Positions 10,184-22,737 of a DNA stretch of 64,000 nt are shown here, in pieces. The stretch's first letter is position 1. Each line of letters starts with the position of its first letter. The notes under the pieces were generated by a model that made no database searches, was not told where the DNA came from, and saw only the letters and a list, made by a program, of their open reading frames with translations. The stretch lies in NCBI GenBank assembly GCA_002269645.1, contig NIVC01001411.1, forward strand, positions 1-64,000. The letters run 5' to 3'. Made by a program: the position numbers and the translations under genes. This DNA comes from Macrostomum lignano (taxonomy: Eukaryota).

Positions 10184-13100
10184 ATGGCATCAGACTTAGC
10201 TTGCAACCGGGACAAGGCAATAGCCACGAAACTTGTACACTGCTACCTGTATCACAGGTATCAGCTTAATGGCAATAGTGGTATTAATCCTCATCGGGAG
10301 CTGGATCCCATGATGTCCGATCTGCTGCGCTGCCTGCTGACCCTCACCAAGGACTACGAACAGCGGTATCGGAAGCCGCTGACCGAGCTGTGCAATACCT
10401 GGATGATGGACGCCGAGCATCCCAGGCAGAGTTTTGAGCAGGTGTTAGACACGATGCTTGCTGACGGCTGCAACTGGGGCCGGGTGGTCACCATGTTCAT
10501 CTTTGTTGGCATGTTCATGGACAAGTGCACCAGCCAGGGCGTGCCGGTGTCGGCTGGCGACGTGGCCGGCTGGACTGTCGATTATCTGGTGACAAAAGTG
10601 GCACCCTGGATTCACAGCAACGGCGATTGGGTGAGCGCCAGTTTTACTTTTAAGTAATGAAGTCTGGAGATATTGGAAGCCGTGTCCTTAGCTCAGCAAG
10701 AAGGGTAGTGGCTAGTGGAGAGGTTTGGATAGATAAGACTGAAGGCATGGGAAGGAAAAGGCATGAATATATGATAAGGGCGCAGTTGCCGAAAGCATTG
10801 CAGCAAAAAAAAACTTTAATTCCTGCCTTAAGAAAGAACCTGAGCCGTAGCCCTGAACTGGGATTCTTGCATGTCTGTAAATCCAATTTGCGGCGGGCGG
10901 TCACCGCTGTCTTGTGCTGTATATTACAGATAGCATATTCAACCATGCAGTGTTGAGTTCCGAGTCAGTCGTTAACGCTATGCGCATACTGTAGATCACA
11001 GGAGATCTACACTGTAGGTCAAAGATCTTGGCTGCTATTAGTAAGACAGCGTTTTTTCAATTCTTCAAATATCTTAGTTCAGGTAGAACCCCCTCTCAAC
11101 CATAAAATACTCATGGGCGGGCAGAATCGCTAAGTTGTCGAGGCTCAGAGGGAATTGCTAAGATGTCAAGGCTCATAGGGGGAATTGCTAAGATGTCAAG
11201 GCTTTGGCTCATAGGGGGAATTGCTAAGATGTCAAGGCTTTGGCTCATAGGGGGAATTGCTAAGATGTCAAGGCTTTGGCTCATAGGGAGGGATTGCTAA
11301 GATGTCAAGGCTTTGGCTCATAGGGGGGATTACTAAGATGTCAAGGCTTTGGCTCTTAGGGGGGGATTACTAAGATGTCAAGGCTTTGGCTCATAGGGGG
11401 GGGATTACTAAGATGTCAAGGCTTTGGCTCATAGGGGGGGATTACTAAGATGTCAAGGCTTTGGCTCATAGGGGGGGATTACTAAGATGTCAAGGCTCAT
11501 AGGGGGGGATTGCTAATGTCAAGGGGGGATTGCTAGTGTCCCCCTTAATGTCAAGGGGAATTGCTAGTGCCCCCCTTAAAGTCAAAGGGGAATTGCTATT
11601 GTCCTCCCTTAATGTCAAGGGGGAATTGCTAGTGTCCCCCCTTAATGTCAAGGGGGAATTGCAATTGCTAGTGTCCCCCCTTAATGTCAAGGGGGAATTG
11701 CAATTGCTAGTGTCCCCCCTTAATGTCAAGGGGGAACTGCTAGTGTCCCCCCTTAATGTCAAGGGGAATTTCCTACATGTCAAGACTCATGTGGGCTGAA
11801 TTGCTAAGATGCTGTGGCTCATGGGGATGGGGGTTGCTAAGATGCCAAGGGGCGATTGGTAGTTGTTGGTAGGCCAATCATCAAAGGGGTGGTAAGAGTT
11901 TAAGTTAAGCCATGGCTTAAAGGGAGGCTTTAATGCCAACACTCAAAGGGGATGTTGATATCTTAGCCCAGGCTAGATTGCTGGCTTTCAGGCCCGATGC
12001 TTTTATCTATCTATTTTAAGCCGTAGTATTGGTTAAGGAAGCACCAAAATTATAACTGCTGCTGACTGATCATGCATCTCTGCATAGACCTGGCTTTACT
12101 ATATTGCTCTATTAATGCTATATCTGGATTCTAAATATTCTATCATTTTATGCGTCCTGGGCTGTCTTTCTTTTAGATATAGCTAATATTTAACTATTAA
12201 TTGGAGTTAATAGCCATGTCCTTGGCTTCAACGCTCTTATAGTATCGCCCAAACCATGTCCTTAGCTTCAATGCTATTAGAGAATCGCCCCTAACCGTCT
12301 CCTTAGCTTCAAGGCTCTTAGAGAATCGCCCAAACCATGTCCTTAGCTTCAAGGCTATTAGAGAATCGCCCCTAACCGTCTCCTTAGCTTCAAGTCTCTT
12401 AGAGAATCGCCCGAGCCATGTCCTTAGCTTCAATGCTATTAGAGAATCGCCCCTAACCGTCTCCTTAGCTTCAAGTCTCTTAGAGAATCGCCCCTAACCG
12501 TCTCCTTAGCTTCAATGCTATTAGAGAATCGCCCCTAACCGTCTCCTTAGCTTCAAGTCTCTTAGAGAATCGCCCGAGCCATGTCCTTAGCTTCAATGCT
12601 ATTAGAGAATCGCCCCTAACCGTCTCCTTAGCTTCAAGTCTCTTAGAGAATCGCCCGAGCCATGTCCTTAGCTTCAAGGCTCTTAGAGTATCGTCCCGAA
12701 CCATGTCCTTAGCTTCAAGGCTCTTAGAGTATCGTCCCGAACCATGTCCTTAGCTTCAAGGCTCTTAGAGTATCGTCCCGAACCATGTCCTTAGCTTCAA
12801 GGCTCTTAGAGTATCGTCCCGAACCATGTCCTTAGCTAAGGCTTTTAATTAATCGTGTTGAACAATAGTTAGAGTAAGTTTCCAATCCATATTTTATATT
12901 AGTTCAAGGAGTCCTTGTCTTGATGAAGACACGAACAATCGGTGGGAAAAATCGTGTTATTTATTTGCAGAGAAATCTGTGAGAATTGCACCTAAGCCGG
13001 GTTCCCACGTCAGATCGATATCAGAGACAGACAGCCAGCTGCTTGACTTTGCAGGCATTCAGCTGTTGTTTTTTGTGCGTGGGCGTTTCTTTGTCGTCAA

Positions 13101-15487
13101 TCTCGTTCTGCGCGCCCCGAGCGCCTGCCCGCCTATCTGCCCGCGGGCGACCGGAAATGCAGTTGTAAAGAAGTGAGTGATGAACATTGGGTCCTACCTT
13201 TATAGAGAGAACTTGGATTGTATGGCTCACTCCGTTTCCTTAATACATGTTTCGGCTTCAAATTCGAATTCGTGTTGGTCCGAATTGTGAAGAGCCGTTT
13301 TTTCTGTAATCGATCACAGATACAAAAGCTACCTACCGACAAACCACTTTTAGCAAATTGGATTGGAGCAAGCAAATAACTTTCGAGAGTGGGTTCCAGT
13401 CGTGACCTTCAGTCTTGAGTCCGACGCTCAAACCACTCAACCCCTAGTTGGCTAGCAAACAATTGGCGTCAAGTTGCTGAAAAATGCACCCAGTCATAGA
13501 GCTCTTGTTACCGACCAGATGTAGCTTGAGTCGTCCATGATGATGCATAAGAGAAAGGTGCTGTCCATTCTCACCGGTAATTATCATTTTATGTGTCTTC
13601 CAATTAAAAGAGGGGCGCAGCTGCGGCCTCTGACGACCCCGCAGACCTCCGACCAGCCGATGAATCTTAGCACGGGATAGCGAATAACATTTTGTTGCGC
13701 ACCTTTTCAAATATCAAGTCGCCAACCCTCCGGACCGTCGAGTGCGAGCTATTTTAACGATCTTCGAAAGTAAAGAGATTCGCCAAAGGGTGTCTCTACC
13801 CCCCTGGGTTATCTTAAAACGAATTCAGAGCTGATGCCAGGTCGACGTGCTGATGAAATTCGGAGGCCTGGCAAGGCCGCACTAAGGCGCAGTGCTGATT
13901 GGCTCACGGGGTTGAATTGAATGCACTTGGCGCTTATGGGAAAACCCGACTTTCCGACAGAGTTGTTGGAATCTCTACGGTCCCATTGTAGTTTCACTGC
14001 TAAGGAGTGCCAAATTTGTCAATCAGGCGTATCGTTTTGAAATCTTTGGTGTACTTTTTTTTCTACAAAACTTTGCCAAAAAGTTCCAGCTTATAAGTTA
14101 TCAACCTGCTATCTGCCAAGGCAGGTGACTTTTCTAGTGCGTGGGCGGGCAGGCTGGCACTGGTACGAAACTAGAAGAATGCGCTGTTGAAACAGCCTTG
14201 TGCATAGTTTAATATTTAATTTAGAAGCTCGTTGCACATTGAGAGAGCCATAGGGGTCAGCTGACGAGTCTTCCAATTCTTTGCATTCCAATCTCTGCCC
14301 CCTTTTATCTGGCCTGCTCGTACTCAATAGAGCTTATCATTTTTTATCATTGGAAACTCAGAGCTGGCAAAATATTGCTTTGTGAGCAAGCATTAAGAGT
14401 ATCCGACAACAGGGTGCGTCACCGTGCGTGCTGTTTATAGCTGCTAGGAATGCGCGGGGCTTAGTGCGGTACGAGTGCACAGTCGCTTTACGGTTGTTAT
14501 CTTGCATTGCTGAGCAGCCAGTAACTGACATTGCTTTTATCCCGTACGGCTGGGTCGCCCTCGCCCTCCTCAGTTGCTGAGCCATCCTCCCAGATCCTGT
14601 TGCTGGGCCAGCCTCCCAGATCCTGTTGCTGGGCCAGCCTCCCAGATCCTCAGTTGCTAGGCCAGCCTCCCAGATCCTCGGTTGCTGGGCAAGCCTCCCA
14701 GATCCTCAGTTGCAGGGCCAGCCTCCCAGATCCTCGGTTGCTGGGCCAGCCTCCCAGATCCTCAGTTGCAGGGCCAGCCTCCCAGATCCTCAGTTGCTGG
14801 GCCAGCCTCCCAGATCCTCAGTTGCTGGGCCAGCCTCTTAAATCCTCAGTTGCTGGGCCAGCCTCCCATATCCTCAGTTGCTGGGCCAGCCTCCCAGATC
14901 CTCAGTTGCAGGGCCAGCCTCCCAGATCCTCAGTTGCTGGGCCACCAGCCTCCCAGAGTGTCAGTTGCTGGGCCAGCCTCCCAGATCCTCGGTTGCTGGG
15001 CCAGCCTCCCAGATCCTCAGTTGCTGGGCCAGCCTCCCAGATCCTCAGTTGCTGGGCCAGCCTCCCAGATCCTCAGTTGCTGGGCCACCAGCCTCCCAGA
15101 GTGTCAGTTGCTGGGCCAGCCTCCCAGATCCTCAGTTGCTGGGCCAGCCTCCCAGATCCTCGGTTGCTGGGCCAGCCTCCCAGATCCTCAGTTGCAGGGC
15201 CAGCCTCCCAGATCCTCAGTTGCTGGGCCAGCCTCCCAGATCCTCAGTTGCTGGGCCAGCCTCCCAGATCTTCAGTGCAGCCAGCGGGCCCATCAACCGC
15301 ACCCGCCCCCCCCCCTTGCCCGCAGGTCGGCCTGATCAGATTCTGCGGCACCGGCGACGCGACGGGCGCCCAGCAGCGGGCGGAGGCGGACGAGCAACAG
15401 AGCCGGATGTTCCGCCGGGTGCTGACGGTGGGCGCGGCCGGCCTGGTGATGCTTGGCCTGACTTCGCTGCTAGTGAAGAGGGCGTAG
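10184..15487 (+). CDS. Bcl-2 family protein, 2 coding exons (10184-10630, 15326-15487), ~202 aa
   Basis: BH4-like start (ATKLVHCYLYHR), BH1 NWGRVVTMF and BH2 WIHSNGDW|VGLIRF. GTGAGC donor at 10631 and TTGCCCGCAG acceptor ending 15325 are both phase 0. C-terminal TM anchor VLTVGAAGLVMLGLTSLLVKRA. Confidence 0.9.
11150..11790 (+). repeat. Intronic minisatellites (~36-bp gctaagatgtcaaggctttggctcataggggg.. followed by ~31-bp ccccttaatgtcaaggggg.. units)
   Basis: Visible tandem units with variable G-runs. Confidence 0.95.
12215..12840 (+). repeat. ~40-bp minisatellite (ccatgtccttagcttcaaggctcttagag..)
   Basis: About 15 tandem units. Confidence 0.95.
13388..13452 (-). mobile_element. Possible tRNA-derived SINE head
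   Basis: Minus strand GGTTGAGTGGTTTGAGCGTCGGACTCAAGACTGAAGGTCACGACTGGAACCC resembles A-box/B-box pol III promoter spacing, but is degenerate. Confidence 0.4.
14590..15275 (+). repeat. 28-bp minisatellite (gctgggccagcctcccagatcctcagtt) abutting the Bcl-2 intron acceptor
   Basis: About 24 tandem units. Confidence 0.95.
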
Positions 15488-16429
15488 GTGCGGCAGCGGC
15501 TTCATCTGCGTGTCGGGGCTGGGATCAGTGACTCACCCGCCAGAGCTTGCCAAACCCCACAATGCACAGAGTACTCGTGAACTTTTGAAGAAGTTTAGTC
15601 GTACTGGACGGTAATCATTTATTGTTGATATGCCATTAGCATATACTTAGCCTATACAACAATAGCCTAGATCCATAAAGCGGTTACCTATAAAAGAAAA
15701 AAATCTATATTTAGTTCTTTCAAGAAAGATTTCAAGCCTCCCAGGCCCAGCCGCCCAGATCCTTAGAGCCTGGATGCAGGCGCAGGGTGTCATGATTTTG
15801 CACTTGATGATGTATTTTTATATTTTAGCAATGCTAAATTTTAGCCGTGTTTGCCGCTTGGCAATTTTCTATTCGACAATTCGCGCGGTCGGATCCAGTG
15901 GCGATGTTGGCCGGATTTTATTTGTCGTTTCTATGCTCGCATTGTTTTATTCCGGCTCTTCGCTAATCAGCGAATCGATAAGACTGCTTACAAGTACTGT
16001 AGGAGTTTTCACACCCATGGCCCAAGTCTAGTCTACGAGTATTGTCATTCAAGTTGCAGTATGTTTCTCGTGCCATTGTGACTTGGCGCTGTTTGTGTTC
16101 CATTTTGTGTTTATTTGCGTCACTTCACCTCTTTATTTTATTTTATTTGCTTATATGAGCGTATTGCTTCACCATTCATATTTTTATAATTGTTCTATGA
16201 ATCATCCATTTGCATCCTTCACTTTGATTTGTAATCTTTTGGCACCTCCGTTTATTTTGCATCGCCATGCGTTTCATTTCTGTGCTCAAATAAACTGATG
16301 TGTGAGGAGCTTTTGTGTTTCTGCATGTTTGTGCATGATATATACATTACTGATGTTCTGTCTGTCATGTGATCTCAGTTATTTCATACTTTTCTTCATG
16401 AATAACTTCAGACAGTCCACTGTGCTTGC

Positions 16430-17602
16430 CCTAACATTAGCCCTAATATCGCCCTGACAGTAGCCCTAATATCGCCCTGACATTAGCCCTAATATCGCCC
16501 TGACAGTAGCCTTAATATCGCCCTGACAGTAGCCCTAATATCGCCTGACAGTAGCCCTAATATCGCCGACAGTAACCCTAATAAAGCCCTGACAGTAGCC
16601 CTGATATCGCCCTGACAGTAACCCTAATATCGCCCTGACAGTAACCCTAATATCGCCCTGACAGTAACCCTAATACCTCCCTGACAGTAGCCCTAATATC
16701 GCCTGTCAGCCCTAATATCGCCCTGACAGTAGCCCTAATATCGCCTGACAGTAGCCCTAATATCGCCCTGACAGTAACCCTAATAAAGCCCTGACAGTAG
16801 CCCTGATATCGCCCTGACAGTAACCCTAATATCGCCCTGACAGTAACCCTAATACCTCCCTGACAGTAACCCTAATATCGCCCTGACAGTAGCCCTAATA
16901 TCGCCCTGACAGTAGCCCTAATATCGCCCTGACAGTAGCCCTAATATCGCCCTGACAGTAGCCCTAATATCGCCCTGACAGTAGCCCTAATATCGCCCTG
17001 ACAGTAGCCCTAATATCGCCCTGACAGTAGCCCTAATATCGCCCTGACAGTAGCCCTAATATCGCCCTGACAGTAGCCCTAATATCGCCCTGACAGTAGC
17101 CCTAATATCGCCCTGACAGTAGCCCTAATATCGCCCTGACAGTAGCCCTAATATCGCCCTGACAGTAGCCCTAATATCGCCCTGACAGTAGCCCTAATAT
17201 CGCCCTGACAGTAGCCCTAATATCGCCCTGGCAGTAACCCTAATATCGCCCTGACAGTAACCCTGATATCGCCCTGACAGTAGCCCTAATATCGCCCTGA
17301 CAGTAACCCTAATATCGCCCTGACAGTAGCCCTAATATCGCCCTGACAGTAACCCTAATATCGCCCTGACAGTAACCCTGATATCGCCCTGACAGTAACC
17401 TTAATATCGCCCTGACAGTAGCCCTAATATCGCCCTGACAGTAGCCCTAATATCGCCCTGACAGTAGCCCTAATATCGCCCTGACAGTAGCCCTAATATC
17501 GCCCTGACAGTAGCCCTAATATCGCCCTGACAGTAGCCCTAATATCGCCCTGACAGTAGCCCTAATATCGCCCTGACAGTAGCCCTAATATCGCCCTGAC
17601 AG
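16430..17602 (+). repeat. 23-bp minisatellite (gccctaatatcgccctgacagta)
   Basis: About 50 near-identical units. Confidence 0.97.
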
Positions 17603-18131
17603 ATCGCAATGCTGTCCGAGGCCGACAGTCGCCCTGCCTTCTCAAAAGCATCCAGTTAGTAAGCTATGCTATTGCAGTGCAGAACAGCCGTGCCAGCGCT
17701 TGTTCCGTGTTTGAAGCTGAGTTGGCGACAAAAATAATTGCAGCTGGTTCACGTCATCGATCCAGGCAGCGTCACGTTCAGCTGGGCAGTGTACTTTGCA
17801 CTGTCACATGACTTCCCTCTGCGCTCCTAGGGTAAGGGAACTGTTTTAACGCGGCACGGGCTTGGGGTGTCCCTTCTGTTTGCCTTGCGTTGCCTTCGGG
17901 TGCACAGCAGAGCTTCAAGTGTTTTTCTCCCGGTCTGTCAGTTTTTGTCTCCAGCTTATGGCTAATGGGTTTTTGTTGGGTTTGGCAGCCGGCCAGAATT
18001 CCAAAAAATATACGACAGCCAAGGACTACTGAGTAGAACATTTTCCTGTATGAGTTGCCTTTTTAGGGAGTTTCTAAATTCTAATCTGTGCATTACAGCC
18101 TACAGGCCTTGCGAGGTTAGGCCGGTTTCTG

Positions 18132-19140
18132 GGCCACCGCTGCTCCCTCAGGTCCTTCAGTGCACCACCGCTGCTCCCTCAGGTCCTTCAGTGCACCACC
18201 GCTGCTCCCTCAGGTCCTTCAGTGCACCACCGCTGCTCCCTCAGGTCCTTCAGTGCACCACCGCTGCTCCCTCAGGTCCTGTACTGCTCCCTCAGGTCCT
18301 TCAGTGCGCCACCGCTGCTCCCTCAGGTCCTTCAGTGCGCCACCGCTGCTCCCTCAGGTCCTTCAGTGCACCACCGCTGCTCCCTCAGGTTCTTCAGTGC
18401 ACCACCGCTGCTCCCTCAGGTCCTTCAGTGCGCCACCGCTGCTCCCTCAGGTCCTTCAGTGCGCCACCGCTGCTCCCTCAGGTCCTTCAGTGCACCACCG
18501 CTGCTCCCTCAGGTTCTTCAGTGCACCACCGCTGCTCCCTCAGGTCCTTCAGTGCGCCACCGCTGCTCCCTCAGGTCCTGTACTGCTCCCTCAGGTCCTT
18601 CAGTGCGCCACCGCTGCTCCCTCAGGTCCTTCAGTGCGCCACCGCTGCTCCCTCAGGTCCTTCAGTGCACCACCGCTGCTCCCTCAGGTCCTTCAGTGCG
18701 CCACCGCTGCTCCCTCAGGTCCTTCAGTGCACCACCGCTGCTCCCTCAGGTCCTGTACTGCTCCCTCAGGTCCTTCAGTGCGCCACCGCTGCTCCCTCAG
18801 GTCCTTCAGTGCGCCACCGCTGCTCCCTCAGGTCCTTCAGTGCACCACCGCTGCTCCCTCAGGTCCTTCAGTGCGCCACCGCTGCTCCCTCAGGTCCTTC
18901 AGTGCACCACCGCTGCTCCCTCAGGTCCTGTACTGCTCCCTCAGGTCCTTCAGTGCGCCACCGCTGCTCCCTCAGGTCCTTCAGTGCGCCACCGCTGCTC
19001 CCTCAGGTCCTTCAGTGCGCCACCGCTGCTCCCTTAGGTCCTTCAGTGCACCACCGCTGCTCCCTCAGGTCCTTCAGTGCACCACCGCTGTTCCCTCAGG
19101 TTCTTCAGTGCGCCACCGCTGCTCCCTCAGGTCCTTCAGC
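18132..19140 (+). repeat. 31-bp minisatellite (caccgctgctccctcaggtccttcagtgcac) with interspersed short units
   Basis: About 33 units. Shortened gtactgctccctcaggtcct units at about 18281, 18580, 18754 and 18929. Confidence 0.97.
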
Positions 19141-19266
19141 AGACCTGTGGTGCCTTCTTTCTGGTATCATTAGGCAGCTAAAATCAGATTCTGCTTATTA
19201 AGCAAAAATATCAATTCTTTGTTTTAACTAAAAATTACAGAATTTGCGTACGCTTGTGTTCACTGG

Positions 19267-19542
19267 ATGGCTAAACTGCTTGTGAAAGCATGGAAAGGCT
19301 ACAATGCCGTGCTAATTAGCAAACCAATTCTGGCTCCAGCAGTATCCACAGGTGAGAACCCATCTCATGTTCGAATGGGCTAGCTAACTAACTAGCTAAC
19401 TAACTAGCTAACTACGAGCGAAGCTAACTAACTAGCTAACTAACTAGCTAACTAACTAGCTAACTAACTAACTAGCTAGCTAACTAGCTCGTAGCTAACT
19501 AAGAAGCTAACTACGAGCGAAGCTAACTAACTAACTAACTAG

Positions 19543-19573
<31 letters not shown>

Positions 19574-19574
19574 G

Positions 19575-19621
<47 letters not shown>

Positions 19622-20202
19622 GCTAACTAACTAACTAACTAACTAGCTAACTAACTAACTAACTAACTAACTAGCTAACTAACTAACTAACTAACTAGCT
19701 AACTAACTAACTAACTAACTAGCTAACTAACTAACTAACTAACTAGCTAAATAACTAACTAACTAACTAACTAACTAACAGACTAACTAACTAACAGACT
19801 AACTAACTAACTAACTAACAGACTAACTAACTAACTAACTAACTAACTAACAGACTAACTAACTAACTAACTAGCTAACTAACTAGCTAACTAACTAACT
19901 AACTAACTAGCTAAATAACTAACTAACTAACTAGCTAACTAACTAACAGACTAACTAACTAACAGACTAACTATCTAACTAACTAACAGACTAACTAACT
20001 AACTAACTAACAGACTAACTAACTAACTAACTAACTAACTAACAGACTAACTAACTAACTAACTAGCTAACTAACTAGCTAACTAACTAACTAACTAACT
20101 AGCTAAATAACTAACTAACTAACTAGCTAACTAACTAACAGACTAACTAACTAACAGACTAACTAACTAACTAACTAACAGACTAACTAACTAACTAACT
20201 AG

Positions 20203-20237
<35 letters not shown>

Positions 20238-20434
20238 GCTAAATAACTAACTAACTAACTAGCTAACTAACTAACAGACTAACTAACTAACTAACTAACA
20301 GACTAACTAACTAACTAACTAGCTAACTAACAGACTAACTAACTAACTAACTAGCTAACTAACTAACTAACTAACTAGCTAACTAACTAGCTAACTAACT
20401 AGCTAACTAACTAACTAGCTAACTAACTAACTAG

Positions 20435-20469
<35 letters not shown>

Positions 20470-20550
20470 GCTAACTAACTAACTAACTAACTAGCTAACT
20501 AACTAGCTAACTAACTAGCTAACTAACTAACTAGCTAACTAACTAACTAG

Positions 20551-20589
<39 letters not shown>

Positions 20590-20742
20590 GCTAACTAACT
20601 AACTAACTAACTAACTAGCTAACTAACTAACTAACTAACTAGCTAACTAACTAACTAACTAACTAGCTAACTAACTAACTAACTAGCTAACTAACTAGCT
20701 AACTAACTAACTAACTAGCTAACTAGCTAACTAACTAACTAG

Positions 20743-20785
<43 letters not shown>

Positions 20786-22402
20786 GCTAACTAACTAACT
20801 AGCTAACTGCACTATTGTGTTGCGCATTTTTCTTCCTCCTCAAAACAGCAGAAGATTGCTAGGGGGGTGTCTAATTTGGCAGTTCTGCCTTTATGGCGTT
20901 TTACAGCCAGCCTAGCGGTCCTTGGTTCGTTTCAGGTGTTTTGATGGGCGCAGGTGATCTACTGGCGCAGTCGGTCGAAGCGAGCCAGCAGGCCGCCAAT
21001 GCGAAGGGCACCGAAGGCGTCAACTGGCGCCGGACAGCTCGACTGTTTACGCTGGGCTGCTGCCTCTATGTGAGCCATTTGCCGATGCACCAGCATCACG
21101 GACACATTCACATCACGGACACATTGACATCACAGACACATTGACATCAAGGACACATTGACATCACAGACACATTCACACCATGGACACATTCACATCA
21201 TGGACACATTCACATCACGGACATATTGACATTACATACACATTGATATCATGGACACACTGACATCACGAACACACTGACTTAAGATCGGACACATAAA
21301 CATCATAGAAAGTAATTAATTAACTAAATAAATAATGAATTTTGTGTCATTAACGCCTCAGACACACCCAATTACTGAAACATAAAGACATCGTCATCGC
21401 AGATACACAGTAATTGAAACCGCAAAAGACTTGTACTGAGGGACACAGCGCACAAATCAAAACGATAGCAACAGGGAAACCTCCAGTCATAGGGCACAAA
21501 ACTAACTTTCATATTATTTGTAACGAGCTTTCCCAACAGTTTCACTAATTATCGCATCCAGGGTCCTTGGCTGAACCAATGGTACAAGTTCCTGGCAACC
21601 AGGTTCCAAGGCCAGCGACTGGCCCTGGTCAAGATGGTGTCAGCTGACCAGTTGGTCATGGCGCCCTGCGTGATTGGCTCCTACCTGACTGTTGTCACCT
21701 ATCTGAATACGGCCGATGCGACCAAAGTTTCTCAGCAGTTGCGCCTCTTTCCCGAGGTGTTGCTCAATAATTACAAGGTGTGGCCTGCAGTGCAGACTGT
21801 CAACTTCTTGTTCGTGCCAGTCCACTTGCGGTGAGCTGCTTGATCATCTCTGATTGGCTGCAGAGACTAGCTTGATCATCTCTGATTGGCTGGAGAAAAT
21901 AGATTGATCATCTCTGATTGGTTGAAGAGAATAGCTTGATCATCTCTGATTGGCTGGAGAGAATATTAATCATCTCTGATTGGCTGAAGAGAATAGCTTG
22001 ATCATCTCTGATTGGCTGAAGAGAATAGCTTGATCATCTCTGATTGGCTCGAGTGAATAGCTTGATTTTCTGGGGAGAATAGCTTGATCATCTCTGATTG
22101 GCTGGAGAGAATAGATTGATCATCTCTGATTGGCTCGAGTGAATAGCTTGATTTTCTGGGGAGAATAGCTTGAGCATCTCTGATTGGCTGGAGTGAATAG
22201 ATTGATCATCTCTGATTGGCTGGAGTGAATAGATTGATTATCTCTGATTGGCTGGAGTGAATAGCTTGATTTTCTGGGAAGAATAGCTTGAGCATCTCTG
22301 ATTGGCTGGCCTGTATAATCCCGCAGGCTAATCCTGGCCAACTGCGTGGCACTGCTGTGGAACACGTACATGTCCTGGATGGCGCACCAGGCTAGTCATT
22401 GA
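19267..22402 (+). CDS. MPV17: Mitochondrial inner membrane protein Mpv17, 4 exons (19267-19351, 20936-21069, 21562-21830, 22327-22402), ~187 aa
   Basis: Spliced product MAKLLVKAWKGYNAVL...TGVLMGAGDLLAQ...RRTARLFTLGCCLY|GPWLNQWYKFL...KMVSADQLVMAP...NNYKVWPAVQTVNFLFVPVHLRLILANCVALLWNTYMSWMAH follows human MPV17 along its full length. All introns are GT-AG with matching phases. Confidence 0.92.
19379..20807 (+). repeat. (CTAA)n microsatellite with TAG/CAG variants filling MPV17 intron 1
   Basis: About 1.4 kb of ctaa units. Confidence 0.98.
21090..21300 (+). repeat. ~17-bp degenerate minisatellite (cacattcacatcacgga) in MPV17 intron 2
   Basis: Tandem units. Confidence 0.85.
21835..22310 (+). 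repeat. ~32-bp minisatellite (ttgatcatctctgattggctggagagaatagc) in MPV17 intron 3
   Basis: About 14 units plus shorter variants. Confidence 0.95.
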
Positions 22403-22624
22403 TTACCAGAGATTAAATTAAGTTTTCACGTCTGATCGAATTTATAACAGTTACGCAATTGTATTTCAAAGTAGTTCAGTAGCTGTGCAAACTTTTAAAT
22501 GCACTTTTAGTGTGTTTAAGACTTATAAAAATCGATTAGCAATATATGTTAATGATTTCTTTCAGTTTTTATCGTAAAATGCATTAATCTGTTTCATAAA
22601 ACCCATCAGGGGATCAGGAGGTAG

Positions 22625-22737
22625 CGGCTGGCTCAGGGTGTGGGGAGTAGCGGCAGGACCCTGAAGGCTCAGAGTGTGGGGAGTAGCGGCAGGACCCTGA
22701 AGGCTCAGAGTGTGGGGAGTAGCGGCTGGACCCTGAA
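22625..22737 (+). repeat. 36-bp x3 tandem repeat
   Basis: gtgtggggagtagcggcaggaccctgaaggctcaga occurs three times. Confidence 0.9.

Noticed and set aside
12915-12945. Third hammerhead-like motif (ttgatga..gacacgaac)
   Set aside because: The core is not CUGANGA/GAAA and the stems are not supportable.
14531-15325. 318-aa Pro/Ser-rich ORF fused to a TM tail
   Set aside because: The repetitive part is the 28-bp intronic minisatellite read in frame. Only 15326-15487 is the real Bcl-2 exon 2.
16430-17602. Interstitial telomere
   Set aside because: Only isolated (A)CCCTAA hexamers embedded in a 23-bp unit, not tandem TTAGGG.
18050-19201. Long repetitive ORFs (271-383 aa)
   Set aside because: All three frames are open because the 31-bp unit lacks stops. 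No coding signal.
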